Virus record (IMG/VR): IMGVR_UViG_3300032285_001110 | Reading direction: 5' to 3' (one strand) | Length of the DNA stretch: 64,000 nt | DNA from: an uncultured virus (IMG/VR IMGVR_UViG_3300032285_001110) | Taxonomy: Duplodnaviria; Heunggongvirae; Uroviricota; Caudoviricetes | Part shown: positions 6,551-16,065 of the stretch, in pieces | How positions within the stretch are numbered: position 1 is the stretch's first letter | Layout: the number at the start of each line of letters is the position of its first letter | The notes under the pieces: generated by a model | Database searches by the model: none | Seen by the model: only the letters and a program-made list of their open reading frames with translations | What the model was told of the DNA's origin: nothing | Position numbers and translations under genes: made by a program

Positions 6551-8575
6551 CTATTCTCCTCTAAACGCTGAGCTCATGCGTTGTCCTCTAGTTGGCTTTG
6601 CTTCGTCTAGTCTGCGAGACATTCCAGCATCACGGAGATAACCTTCAGGGTCTTTGTGAGCGGCGGTCTGTGTAAACGGAACACTGGAACCCTCGTTAAA
6701 ATGGTTATAGTGAGTTTTTGCAGCCAATGCAAGATTACCATTAGCAATGTGAGAGTGAACCTGGTTCATAACTTTTTCTGAGGCGTCTGCCTTAGCCATA
6801 GCTCCCATAATTGCAGAACTTGGCCTACGAATACCTGGACTTTGTTCAAAAAAGTTATTTACTGTTGCAGATGTTACATCGGAAGGAGCTGATTCTTCCT
6901 CCCTGTTAGAAGACGCTTCAGGCTTTGCCATATTAGCAGAGTTCCATTTAGAAGTTGGGTACGAACGTACTGCAAGGTCAGTGCCGTGAGGTCCCAAAAG
7001 TTTCTTTATGTGAGTTGGTAATACATCTGCTGGGTCAGTTTCTGAAGGAAGCTGGCCATTGTCAATTTTGTCATGAGTTTGATTAAAGTGGGTATGTGCC
7101 AACCGTATTGCGTCTAGTGCTGCATCTTTTCGACCTGGCAATATATTGCTTGCAGTAGGAAACAGACTTTTTTCTGCAACATAATTTACAGCTTTTTGAA
7201 TGTTAGCTCGTACAGTGCCCCTACTGCTTTCCGCAACTTCTCTATCTGGAATAAGTCTGTTAGGAGTTTCTGATATCTTTGAGCCAACAACTGTATTTCT
7301 GGCAGCTCGAACATCACTAACTACCCTAGCAAGTTCTTTTCCGTACCCTTTTCGGTATTTACGTGCTGACGTGTAATCTACAGCACCTGTTGCTTCAAGT
7401 TCTTTTGGAAGCATCGGAAACTTTTCAGGGTTAACAGATTTAGGTTCTACAGATTCAGTTCTAGAAGTTCCAGCACCTAGTTCTCTACCAAACTGGTCTA
7501 CTTTACGTACTGGGTAACTAATACCTTCACCCGTAGTGTGCAGCTTTACAACTCGGGCTGGGCTTGGACTCCAAGGAGTAGCTTCAAATGTTGGGGCAGC
7601 GGACTTGGCTCGTAGGTTCCAGTCAGATGCTTCTTCAGCTGGAGTCAGTTTCTTGGTGTACTGACTACGCTCGTTTTTCTCTGCAGTACTGAGACGGGCA
7701 GGGTCTGGTCCACCAATTAGAGGAATACGCTCATTACTAGTAAATGAATCTGGAGTTTTTGCAACCCCAGAGTTGTTATCAGCGTACTTTGAATAGTCTT
7801 TTGTAGTTCTGTTAGCAATTCCTACCAAGTCTGACATATTACGAAGTTCGTACTTGTCTTTTTCTCCAACATTTGAACTAAGTACTGGAGTTTTGGTCAT
7901 TCCATTTTCAGAAAGAAGATTTGCAACACGAGATAGCCTCAACGCAGTAGCGTTTAGGTGTGAAGAAGCCGATAGTGCTCCACCACGTTTGTGGTTATAG
8001 TAATGATTATCGAGATGCTTGTCAGCAGCATACAGCTCTTTGTTTGCTTGGTCAATAATTTTAGCACTAGGGTGATTAGGGTCATTTTCTGGGTTAAAAT
8101 GTCTGCTAAAAAGAGAAACCGCGTGCTCAAGACCATTACTAATAAACTTTAAGTTGTCACCGTGGTCATGGTGTCCAGGAGTAACCCAAAACTTTTCAGG
8201 AGCTTCTTTCTTGTCCATAAGGTCAGCATTATCATAGCGGGCCCTGGTAGTAGTAGCTGTAGAACGTGATTTAACAGGGCCGTTAATATTTTCCTGAACA
8301 GCAGGTGCCAATTGCTGCCCTACATTTGGGCTATCTACAGGAGCAGGAACGCTAGTTTGAGGAGCACTCGTGACAGGGTCTCCATCTAACTGACGAAGAA
8401 TTGGGCCATGTACAGGATGTTTAAGCTGCCAGGCACGTTGATTTTTTAATAAATTTAGATTCGAATTAACTTCACTTAATTCGTTTTTAGAAATACCTGC
8501 TTCTTTTTTAGCATCACGGTCAGCTAATGCCGCATTGTATTTTTCTCTAGTAACATAGCTTACTATTTTTGCCAT
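6551..8575 (-). CDS. Large hypothetical protein (low complexity, His/Ala/Pro-rich)
   Basis: 674-aa ORF with SD AGGAG; no recognisable motif. Confidence 0.8.
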   Translation of the reverse strand: MAKIVSYVTREKYNAALADRDAKKEAGISKNELSEVNSNLNLLKNQRAWQLKHPVHGPILRQLDGDPVTSAPQTSVPAPVDSPNVGQQLAPAVQENINGPVKSRSTATTTRARYDNADLMDKKEAPEKFWVTPGHHDHGDNLKFISNGLEHAVSLFSRHFNPENDPNHPSAKIIDQANKELYAADKHLDNHYYNHKRGGALSASSHLNATALRLSRVANLLSENGMTKTPVLSSNVGEKDKYELRNMSDLVGIANRTTKDYSKYADNNSGVAKTPDSFTSNERIPLIGGPDPARLSTAEKNERSQYTKKLTPAEEASDWNLRAKSAAPTFEATPWSPSPARVVKLHTTGEGISYPVRKVDQFGRELGAGTSRTESVEPKSVNPEKFPMLPKELEATGAVDYTSARKYRKGYGKELARVVSDVRAARNTVVGSKISETPNRLIPDREVAESSRGTVRANIQKAVNYVAEKSLFPTASNILPGRKDAALDAIRLAHTHFNQTHDKIDNGQLPSETDPADVLPTHIKKLLGPHGTDLAVRSYPTSKWNSANMAKPEASSNREEESAPSDVTSATVNNFFEQSPGIRRPSSAIMGAMAKADASEKVMNQVHSHIANGNLALAAKTHYNHFNEGSSVPFTQTAAHKDPEGYLRDAGMSRRLDEAKPTRGQRMSSAFRGE

Positions 8576-8584
8576 TAGTTACTC

Positions 8585-9358
8585 CTAGTTTGGTTGCTTA
8601 GGCAGTTTATTTGCCTGGGCTACTAGGAAAGGAACAGCTTTTTTAGCAGCTTGAATACCCGCAGGCTTACGTTTTTCTGCCTCATAACCAGGTAGTTCAA
8701 CAGTTGAATTACGTGAAGCAAGTGGTGTTAGCAACTGAGTGTTCATGTCTACGTTTTTGACAAGACCCTTGTTTAGTTCAAAGTTTTCTGTCTTTGTAGG
8801 AGTCATTTTTACGTGTTTAACAGGCTTTGGTTGCTGTGCTAATTCCTGAGTAATTTGAGCAAGAGTCTTAGGCTGCAAGGCTTGAATAGCAGGTACCGCA
8901 GGAAATTTCTTTTTCATTTGATTAATCATTTTAACGTGCTTTGCGTGCTCATTAATGGCTAGGTTACGCAAAATAGACACGTCTCCGTGAGCACGCCCTG
9001 CTTCAAGAAAATCTGCTGACTTCTTTTCAGATTCAGCTTGTGCTGCCGCAGCATCGGTTGCTTTTTGTGCAGCTACTTTTCCACGTGGTTTAGCTGCAGC
9101 TTGTGGCTTAGGAATGTATCCAGTACGAGGAACACGGCTAGGTGGCACTGGTACTCCACTTGCCTCTGATTTTGCAATCAAGTCAGCAGACTTATTCTGA
9201 CGAGCTCGTTCAACACGAGTAGGAGTTCCTGGAACTGCTGCAGGAGTTTTTGCTGAACCCTTTGGCTTTGGAGCGGCTGCTGGTTCGGCGTTAGTTACTT
9301 TTGCTTGAGCAGCTTGGCCACGTTGCTGAGCTTTATTGGTACTTCTTTTCTGGGCCAT
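8585..9358 (-). CDS. Ala/Lys/Pro-rich basic hypothetical protein
   Basis: 257-aa ORF with disorder-like composition. Confidence 0.8.
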   Translation of the reverse strand: MAQKRSTNKAQQRGQAAQAKVTNAEPAAAPKPKGSAKTPAAVPGTPTRVERARQNKSADLIAKSEASGVPVPPSRVPRTGYIPKPQAAAKPRGKVAAQKATDAAAAQAESEKKSADFLEAGRAHGDVSILRNLAINEHAKHVKMINQMKKKFPAVPAIQALQPKTLAQITQELAQQPKPVKHVKMTPTKTENFELNKGLVKNVDMNTQLLTPLASRNSTVELPGYEAEKRKPAGIQAAKKAVPFLVAQANKLPKQPN

Positions 9359-9361
9359 TTA

Positions 9362-10990
9362 TTACAGACCACCCTTCTTGCCGTCGTTACGTACATCGCT
9401 ACGTACTGTAGGGTACAAAATTGGCATCATGCCCCTTTTGCGGATTTTTGCAGCGTCTTTTTCAAGTACACCTTCAGAAAGGTTTCCTACAATAGTGGTT
9501 TTAGAACCTGCAGGTTGCGTAGGGCTGTTAACTACTGGTTTTGTTGGCTTTGGCAATTCAGGAGTTACTTGAGAACCTACATCTGGTCCAATCTCTGGCT
9601 TACCCATAATGTCTGGAACGTTATTTTGAGCAGCAGAATGGAACACTGCGGTTCTGCGTTCCTTGCTAGCCTTACCAGTAACTAGTTGCATGTTGCGTTC
9701 ACGGCTAGTTACCTCACCTTCTTCACTACGAGGCAATGTTCCTAGCTTAGCTCTGTCAGCTAAACTTAGATTATCTTTTTCTGCCTTGCTAAGTCTTGGT
9801 GTAGGTGCCTTTGTTTGAGCAATAAGTTTAGGAACTACTGCTTTAGCTCCTTCTATTCCTAGGTTTTTCTTAGCAGTGCCGTATCCTGGAAGGTGTGGCC
9901 CTGCTATTGGAGTTGGAACTCCATTTAGGTCACCTGTACGCTCTGCTTGTTCAGCTCGTCTATTTTTTGGCAACTTATTTGGGTTGTCCATAAGAGCTTT
10001 ACGTTCTTCAGGAGTAAGCGGAGTTGTGCGGTCTACTTTAAATCCTCCACGACTGCTTCCTCTACGGGCTAAGTTGCTCTTAGTTACTGTCCTAGCTACG
10101 GCTTCATCAACTTTTTCAGCACCTGTTAATTTAGCGGCATTAGTGTGATAGGTTAATGCTTGTTCAGAGTTAGCGTCATAAGGTTTTCCACCAATACTCA
10201 TTTCTGGAAATGGATTTGACTTAAGTTTACGACCAAGGGTTTCAACTGCAGAGTGAGTTTGGTCCATACTAGGTACTTCTGCATTTATATTGTTCTTTTT
10301 GGCGGTCATTTGAACGTATGGGTGCGACAAAATATCTGCAGCATTCTTTATGTGCTGAGCAGCTTTTACGTAATGTTCTTTACCTTTATCTTGACCAGTA
10401 ACCGTACCAAGAAGGCGGTCACCCTCGTCAATGTGGTCTCGTGCACCATCTAGGCCCTCTTCATTTGCTGGGTCACCGTGTAGGTGAACACTAGCCATTG
10501 TTGCAAATGCTTGTAGTCCAGGGTCATCTGATGCCTTTAGCTCATTTACAATACCACTCATTATTTGGTGATTTTTGTGCAGGTGCTGTCCAAAACGTTT
10601 TCCTGGAAGAGCCTCTACAAGAGTCCCATTTCCTGTAGTAGGAACGCCACTACCACGAGTTGCACGTTTTGCAGTAGGTTTTGCGTTTACTCTTTGAAGT
10701 TCAGCCTGAAGCTTGGCTTCTAGGTCTGCGTCCATCTTAGAATTACGTACTGGACTAGATGTGTTTGCTTTAGCCCGTGCTTCACGCTGTTGAAAATCAA
10801 AATCTTGGGCTGCTCTGTCAGCATGAGCGTTTTGCTCTGCTTGCTGAGGAGTTAAGTTAATAGAAGATTCCTCATAAGCATTATAGGTGCTGTGAGGTTT
10901 CTCTGGACGACCTGAAGAATCCTTTGGGTGCCGAGGGTACTTAGCTTGATAAGACGCAAGTTCTCCTGCGTGTTCATTGACAGCGGCCAT
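9362..10990 (-). CDS. Large hypothetical protein
   Basis: 542-aa ORF, TAATG-coupled; His-containing helical core with low-complexity ends. Confidence 0.8.
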   Translation of the reverse strand: MAAVNEHAGELASYQAKYPRHPKDSSGRPEKPHSTYNAYEESSINLTPQQAEQNAHADRAAQDFDFQQREARAKANTSSPVRNSKMDADLEAKLQAELQRVNAKPTAKRATRGSGVPTTGNGTLVEALPGKRFGQHLHKNHQIMSGIVNELKASDDPGLQAFATMASVHLHGDPANEEGLDGARDHIDEGDRLLGTVTGQDKGKEHYVKAAQHIKNAADILSHPYVQMTAKKNNINAEVPSMDQTHSAVETLGRKLKSNPFPEMSIGGKPYDANSEQALTYHTNAAKLTGAEKVDEAVARTVTKSNLARRGSSRGGFKVDRTTPLTPEERKALMDNPNKLPKNRRAEQAERTGDLNGVPTPIAGPHLPGYGTAKKNLGIEGAKAVVPKLIAQTKAPTPRLSKAEKDNLSLADRAKLGTLPRSEEGEVTSRERNMQLVTGKASKERRTAVFHSAAQNNVPDIMGKPEIGPDVGSQVTPELPKPTKPVVNSPTQPAGSKTTIVGNLSEGVLEKDAAKIRKRGMMPILYPTVRSDVRNDGKKGGL

Positions 10991-11355
10991 TAGATACCTT
11001 CCAAACTATTTCTACTACTACCAGAATACCCTGCAGGGGAGCCAGAATACCACGAAACTCGTGGCTCCTGGTATATTCTGTCTAGACTGATGACATCTTC
11101 GATGTCTGGTTGTGTTCTGTTTCCAAAACCAAAACGGTCTGGGAAAAGTCTAATCTGTGGCAAAGGTGCCTTTACCATCTGTTGAATCTGTGCACCTGGA
11201 ATAGTCATAACCATCAGAGCTTGCTGAGTTAGTCGTTCCATGTTGGATGACCAAGGTCCTGTGTATGACCAACTTGGTGCAGTAGCATTTTCCGATGGGT
11301 TGTTAGTTACCCATGGCTTGGTATAGTCGTAACGACCATCAAATGAGTATGACAT
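10990..11355 (-). CDS. Hypothetical protein
   Basis: Start moved to 11355 (MSYSFDG), which overlaps the upstream TAA. Confidence 0.75.
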   Translation of the reverse strand: MSYSFDGRYDYTKPWVTNNPSENATAPSWSYTGPWSSNMERLTQQALMVMTIPGAQIQQMVKAPLPQIRLFPDRFGFGNRTQPDIEDVISLDRIYQEPRVSWYSGSPAGYSGSSRNSLEGI

Positions 11356-11882
11356 TATGACCACACTGGCTTTAGGTAGTTCAATGCGGTTGCACGCTGA
11401 ACGTTCATTATTCCAGGTTGGTTAGCCACAGTATTTGCTTTACCATCGTTGACCAGATGGGGTGCAGGTGTAAGTCGTATATCTTGTGCAAAACGAGGTA
11501 CACGATATGTGCCACTCGCTTTGTCATATTTTGCACGTGCTTCTCTCTGAATACCCATTTGGTCATTAAATGATTCTGGCCAAAAATACATTGATGGCTC
11601 AATGCGTTCACCCTTGTGAACACCACGCTGATAGTTCTTTTCACCTAGGCGACTCTTTACAGAATCCAGTAGGCGGTCATCACGGCGTGAACGAATAGTT
11701 CCCAAATAACCATCAGGATATTCTGCAGAAGGGGTACGCCCAGTACCAATACGAATGGCATCTAGGTCACCACGTACAGCAGGACCACCATAACCGCCCT
11801 GGTTGTTGTAGCCATTTAGGCCACCAGCCCCGAGGGACTGCCAGTTTTGGTTAGGTGAGAAGTTGCTTACTGCACCTGCCAT
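11355..11882 (-). CDS. Hypothetical protein
   Basis: 175-aa ORF with a Gly/Asn-rich N-terminus. Confidence 0.8.
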   Translation of the reverse strand: MAGAVSNFSPNQNWQSLGAGGLNGYNNQGGYGGPAVRGDLDAIRIGTGRTPSAEYPDGYLGTIRSRRDDRLLDSVKSRLGEKNYQRGVHKGERIEPSMYFWPESFNDQMGIQREARAKYDKASGTYRVPRFAQDIRLTPAPHLVNDGKANTVANQPGIMNVQRATALNYLKPVWS

Positions 11883-11884
11883 GA

Positions 11885-12184
11885 TTAACCTTCTGTTGAG
11901 TCAATTTGGTGAGGGTGTACAGGACTGACAGAGCCCATGTTTCCAACAGTGTCCAATTTGCCTACTTCTTCAGTATAAGTTGCTTTAGAATTAGCCAAAG
12001 GAATAGGGTTGGTTGCTGCATCACGAAGCATTTTCCTACCAAAAAAGAATCTAGTGCTTTCTTTGTTACCTACCTGGTAACTTGCTCCAGCACCCTGTGG
12101 GCCATGGTAAGCCTCGGAATGAACGCCGTAGTTACCTACGGGTTCAACTCCGTACTTTTCTGTAGCAAATTGAGTAGACAGCAT
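11885..12184 (-). CDS. Hypothetical protein
   Basis: 99-aa ORF with SD AAGGAG. Confidence 0.75.
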   Translation of the reverse strand: MLSTQFATEKYGVEPVGNYGVHSEAYHGPQGAGASYQVGNKESTRFFFGRKMLRDAATNPIPLANSKATYTEEVGKLDTVGNMGSVSPVHPHQIDSTEG

Positions 12185-12193
12185 GGCTACTCC

Positions 12194-12616
12194 TTAGTAA
12201 CCGTCAGAGCTTCCACCCTGGAAGTTAGGAGTAGCACGACCTGCTACCGAAGGAACAATACGTGCGTTAGCCATGGTTGGGCCAACGGTAGGGTCAACTA
12301 CCGAGTAACCAGTCTTTGGCTGGATGCGGTAAGTTGCACCTGCACGCTCAATGTTTGCACGGTTAGCCTTGCTACCAGGGTTGGTAGGGTCAGCTGCCTT
12401 GGTGTTCTTCTTAGGTACTAGAGTGCCACGTAGGCTTGGCTCAACCTGGGCTGCACCAATAGGAATGCGTACGCTATTAGCGGCGGCTGCCTCGTTGTAG
12501 TTCTCATCTGAGGTGTTGTGTGCACGTGCCATGGATTTACCTGCTGCTTCTGTGTAGGAAGATGGGACTCCTGAACGACGACGCATACCGTGTCCCATGC
12601 TAAAATTGGTTGCCAT
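12194..12616 (-). CDS. Hypothetical protein
   Basis: 140-aa ORF with SD AAGGAG. Confidence 0.8.
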   Translation of the reverse strand: MATNFSMGHGMRRRSGVPSSYTEAAGKSMARAHNTSDENYNEAAAANSVRIPIGAAQVEPSLRGTLVPKKNTKAADPTNPGSKANRANIERAGATYRIQPKTGYSVVDPTVGPTMANARIVPSVAGRATPNFQGGSSDGY

Positions 12617-12652
12617 AAAAGCTCCTTTTATCTATTTAATAGTAAGGCTTTT

Positions 12653-12949
12653 TTACTGTGCTGTAATGGCAAAAATCATTGCAGAAATCTCACCATCACG
12701 GCTTTCGATGGTGGTGAATCCTGGCTTGCAAGTTAGGTCTAGCCCTCGTGGAGCTACATATCCTCGTGCAATTGCAATTGCTTTGACAGCTTGGTTAACT
12801 GCACTAGCACCTACGGCACGAAGCATTACTTGACGCTTCTCGTATAGGGCATGTGCAATTGCTGATGCTACGGATTGTGGGCTGGAACCGCCACCAACTC
12901 GAAGGAGTGTTTCCTCGGTAGATGATGTTACGGCAATTTCTTCGGTCAT
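12653..12949 (-). CDS. spoVS: Stage V sporulation protein S (SpoVS, Alba-like fold) homologue
   Basis: LRVGGGSSPQSVASAIA...AVGASAVNQAVKAIAIARGYVAPRGLDL...PGF is the characteristic SpoVS sequence. Confidence 0.9.
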   Translation of the reverse strand: MTEEIAVTSSTEETLLRVGGGSSPQSVASAIAHALYEKRQVMLRAVGASAVNQAVKAIAIARGYVAPRGLDLTCKPGFTTIESRDGEISAMIFAITAQ

Positions 12950-12954
12950 TGTAG

Positions 12955-12995
12955 TCCTAGTGTTCGATGTAGTGTGCCGTCCTCAACAACTAGGA
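12955..12995 (-). promoter_or_regulatory. RBS-sequestering hairpin overlapping a -10-like element upstream of spoVS
   Basis: UCCUAGU...ACUAGGA arms; the 3' arm contains the AGGA SD and the 5' arm overlaps TATCCT. Confidence 0.5.
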
Positions 12996-13002
12996 TACCG
13001 TG

Positions 13003-13605
13003 TTAGTCAGGCAGATTATCCCTAAACTTAGGGTCTTTAACCTGCGAGATTACCTGCTTTTCTATAGCATCCGTGACACACTCGCCAGCAAGGCGAGCAA
13101 GACTGTACGCATCTGCCGCATTATCGTCATTTAATTCAACTCCCCAACGCTTATAGACTTGGAGAAGCATTTCTTGCTTCTTTGAAGTTCCCTTACCTGT
13201 AGCATACTTCTTTAATGTCATTGGTGGTATCTGAAGGGGAGTACGCAAAAATTGGTTTGGGTGGTCAATAAAGAAGTCCCACAACATTAGTTTTACGGTG
13301 GCGGCTAGTTCTCCTAGAACCAATGCAGAATGACTAGCAAGTACGGTGCCTTCCATGGCCACATCATAAATATCATTCTTATTCTCTTCTAAGAATTCAA
13401 ATTTATTAATCATCCACTGGGCTATATCTGCCAGCCTAGCCACTCCTTGGTATTTAGATTTGTACACCCAGGTTGTGTGAAACTCTGGGTGCAACATATT
13501 TACCGCTGAAATGGCAAAGCCAGTAAGCGACTGGTCGATACCAATTGCTACTGGCTTTCCTGGCAGAAGACCGCCATCAAATACTTTTTCTGGCACTAGA
13601 GCCAT
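13003..13605 (-). CDS. ruvC: RuvC-like Holliday junction resolvase
   Basis: IGIDQSLTGFAI, VAME, LKKYATGKG...K and DDNAADAY motifs. Confidence 0.85.
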   Translation of the reverse strand: MALVPEKVFDGGLLPGKPVAIGIDQSLTGFAISAVNMLHPEFHTTWVYKSKYQGVARLADIAQWMINKFEFLEENKNDIYDVAMEGTVLASHSALVLGELAATVKLMLWDFFIDHPNQFLRTPLQIPPMTLKKYATGKGTSKKQEMLLQVYKRWGVELNDDNAADAYSLARLAGECVTDAIEKQVISQVKDPKFRDNLPD

Positions 13606-14144
13606 GCTTCCATACTAGCTAGCAATACATTCACCTTTGCGTAGAGGTCTTCGGGTAATCCATGATTACCTATTACATAGTCTACTGCGTAGTTATCCAT
13701 ATCGCTTTCTGAAACATGCTCGTTAGTTGGGCCAACACCATCCCTAACTACACGAATAATTACTCCGCCTGCTTCAACGATAGCGTCTGCTTCATTCTTA
13801 AACCGAACATCTGAGAACACAACATCGTTATAAAACATTGCGTCTTCCATTGCTTGGTCTACCCAAAAGTTTTCACCAAACATATTTCGTCCAACTTCGG
13901 TTCCCATACGCTGCATTAGCGGGCGTACTTCTGGACTCATTTGCTTGACAGCTTCCCAACCCATACGGTCTACAATATCCTTAAGGTGGGTGTACTGCCC
14001 GCCTACAGTAACAATTGGGTTTAGACGAAGAAGTGCTTCCCGCATAGGTTCTGCAAATGCCATCTTAGTAAATCCATTGTTTACAAATAGCTCTGCTACG
14101 GTGTCTTTACCAGCTCGTGCGTATCCAGTTAATCCGATAATCAT
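13596..14144 (-). CDS. Deoxynucleoside monophosphate kinase
   Basis: MIIGLTGYARAGKDT P-loop, FAEPMRE, RPLMQRMGTEVGR, DVRFKNE and HVSE. Start set at the TAATG overlap at 14144. Confidence 0.9.
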   Translation of the reverse strand: MIIGLTGYARAGKDTVAELFVNNGFTKMAFAEPMREALLRLNPIVTVGGQYTHLKDIVDRMGWEAVKQMSPEVRPLMQRMGTEVGRNMFGENFWVDQAMEDAMFYNDVVFSDVRFKNEADAIVEAGGVIIRVVRDGVGPTNEHVSESDMDNYAVDYVIGNHGLPEDLYAKVNVLLASMEAWL

Positions 14145-14344
14145 TATAGTGCGTAGATTTCCTGTAGTAGGGTTGCCCATGCCTGAGGAGTAATTACTAT
14201 GTCAGTGGTAGGTAGGGTGTGGTCTAGCTTAAAGATAGCTCGATTACCAGTGGCTCGATAAAGAGCCTGAATCAGACGGTTGTTTTCCTCTTGCTGACCA
14301 ATACGGTGTACTTGTGCCTGGGTTGGTTCAATAAAATTTGACAT
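14144..14344 (-). CDS. Hypothetical protein
   Basis: 66-aa ORF filling the gap. Confidence 0.65.
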   Translation of the reverse strand: MSNFIEPTQAQVHRIGQQEENNRLIQALYRATGNRAIFKLDHTLPTTDIVITPQAWATLLQEIYAL

Positions 14345-14803
14345 TTAAAAAGAGTCCTTTCTGTATGCTCTCTGGTCGTTAGTGCGTCGAGTAATCTCTC
14401 GGCTAACTAACTGTAGGTCACGCTCGTGATTGTTCAAAAGCATCTCTACTAACTTACGATAAGCGTACTTCTCTTCGTACTCAGTGTCAAGCTCCTGTAC
14501 CTTTTCATCTACGGCAATCTGTGCCTTAATAAGGGTGATACGTTCACCTTTTACCTGAGCACCCATGCGACTAACTAGCATTGTGTTTTCTAGGTAGTCT
14601 TTCTTCTTCTGAGCTGCACGCTCTTCAAGGATTGCCATGGTTAGCTGGGAGGCGATGTAATCAGTCCACGAAGTTAATCGAGTAAACAACTCTCCCAGGT
14701 CTTCTGAGCTAATGTCAGTAATGTCATTAGGCAGTCGTACCTGGTCGTCTGCTGGTTTATTGAACTGTAGGTTCCACTTAGCAAAACGGTCTATTGCACT
14801 CAT
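14345..14803 (-). CDS. Coiled-coil protein, possibly a UvsY-like recombination mediator
   Basis: 152-aa all-helical ORF ending LVSREITRR, located in the recombination cluster. Function is inferred. Confidence 0.45.
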   Translation of the reverse strand: MSAIDRFAKWNLQFNKPADDQVRLPNDITDISSEDLGELFTRLTSWTDYIASQLTMAILEERAAQKKKDYLENTMLVSRMGAQVKGERITLIKAQIAVDEKVQELDTEYEEKYAYRKLVEMLLNNHERDLQLVSREITRRTNDQRAYRKDSF

Positions 14804-14877
14804 TAGTCATCATCCAAATCATTTTCACACTGGCAAGGGGTAGAGTTGCACCAAAGGCAGTAGTCGTTACTGTTCAT
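14803..14877 (-). CDS. 24-aa Cys4 microprotein (not in ORF track)
   Basis: MNSNDYCLWCNSTPCQCENDLDDD*. Its TAA overlaps the next ATG (TAATG). Confidence 0.55.
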   Translation of the reverse strand: MNSNDYCLWCNSTPCQCENDLDDD

Positions 14878-15727
14878 ATGGGGCACACTGCTTGCAACGC
14901 ATATCAGGACCGTTTACACAGTTAGGTACATGGTTGTTGTCAATGTCACGCATTAACTGCTCTGCTGCATCAAAGATGTGACGCACAAGTTCGTAATCAG
15001 CCTTGACGTTAAACTCTTTGTACGACTGGTCAGCCTTTAGTTCATAAAGAAAAGTAATCTCGTCAATTGGATTACCCTCAGAGTTCTCCATACCCATACG
15101 CTTCATAAGCTCTAGGTACATTTGCCCCTGCAATACGTGAGAACCAAAAGGACGCTTAATCTGTCCCCATGCCTTCATGAAGTCGCCGTCTGCAGCTTGC
15201 ATCAACTGAGGTGCTTCTGCACGGATAGTGCCTGGGCCAATGGACTTAATCTCGATTAGAGTGTCAGGACCAATTCCACGAATCCAACCATCAGTGTGGC
15301 CCTTGATACGTAGAGCATCATCGAACAAAGTTACCTCTGCATATACCAGCTTCTTTGCTGGAGCTTGGCAAGTACCGCACTCAGAAGGCGAGGTACCCCA
15401 AGTAATGTGGTCGCATACGTCACACTTAAACATTCCGTGCAATACTCCCATTTCCTGGAAGTAGCTCTGCCACTTGGCGTGGATGTAGTGCCCCTCGTCA
15501 AAGATAGACTGCAGACGGAGTGGTGGCTTTTCAGCTATCTTGGTCTCTCCATTGAGCAAGAAGTATGATGCACGCTTGCACCAGTCACGCTTAATAATTT
15601 CAGACGGGTGTAGCACCGTGGTACTACGGTCACCTACTGGTCGTGCCATGAGGTGACGTTCAATATCTCCTAGGAGACGACTTGGACGTGCCTTAGCATC
15701 CAAGAACTTCTTTAAATCAGTGTTCAC
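14867..15727 (-). CDS. Cas4-like PD-(D/E)XK exonuclease
   Basis: HPSE...C, GHYIH, GHTDG, LIEIKS and QGQMY motifs; C-terminal C...CKQC (Fe-S type); internal CDVC/CGTC zinc ribbon. Confidence 0.8.
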   Translation of the reverse strand: MNTDLKKFLDAKARPSRLLGDIERHLMARPVGDRSTTVLHPSEIIKRDWCKRASYFLLNGETKIAEKPPLRLQSIFDEGHYIHAKWQSYFQEMGVLHGMFKCDVCDHITWGTSPSECGTCQAPAKKLVYAEVTLFDDALRIKGHTDGWIRGIGPDTLIEIKSIGPGTIRAEAPQLMQAADGDFMKAWGQIKRPFGSHVLQGQMYLELMKRMGMENSEGNPIDEITFLYELKADQSYKEFNVKADYELVRHIFDAAEQLMRDIDNNHVPNCVNGPDMRCKQCAPYEQ

Positions 15728-16065
15728 TTCTTGCCCTTCTCTAACTGAAAGATGTACTCTTTCAGAGTCATTTTAGTGCGGTATTTGCGTTGCCACTTTC
15801 GTACCAGAGCGTTACGCTCTCGATGGGAAAGCCCTCCCCAAATGCCATGGTCTTCATCGGTTCTGACTGCTTCCCAAAGACAGTTAAGTCTAACAGGGCA
15901 CGGTAGAGTTTCGCCATTGCCAAAGCAATATTCTTTTGCTTGCGTAGCAATGACTTTGTATAGGTCTTTATCCCTAGGGGGATAGAAAATATCAGGGTCT
16001 TCAATGCCATTACATTCTGCTTCATGATGCCAGCTAAAGTCACTGTTCTGGAAGTGTTCGAGCAA
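15724..16065 (-). CDS. whiB: WhiB-family Fe-S transcription regulator
   Basis: W...AEC...FYP...AKEYC...CPVRLNCL...GIWGGLSHRER. Confidence 0.93.
   Translation of the reverse strand: MLEHFQNSDFSWHHEAECNGIEDPDIFYPPRDKDLYKVIATQAKEYCFGNGETLPCPVRLNCLWEAVRTDEDHGIWGGLSHRERNALVRKWQRKYRTKMTLKEYIFQLEKGKK

Noticed and set aside
12625..12665. Fourth copy of the 31-nt promoter motif upstream of the 140-aa gene (CAGT...AAATAG)
   Set aside because: The span is 27 nt rather than 31 and the internal palindrome is absent.
14867..15727. Cas4-like gene as evidence of a CRISPR-Cas system
   Set aside because: No repeat-spacer array or other cas gene was seen; solo Cas4-like nucleases are common in phage recombination modules.
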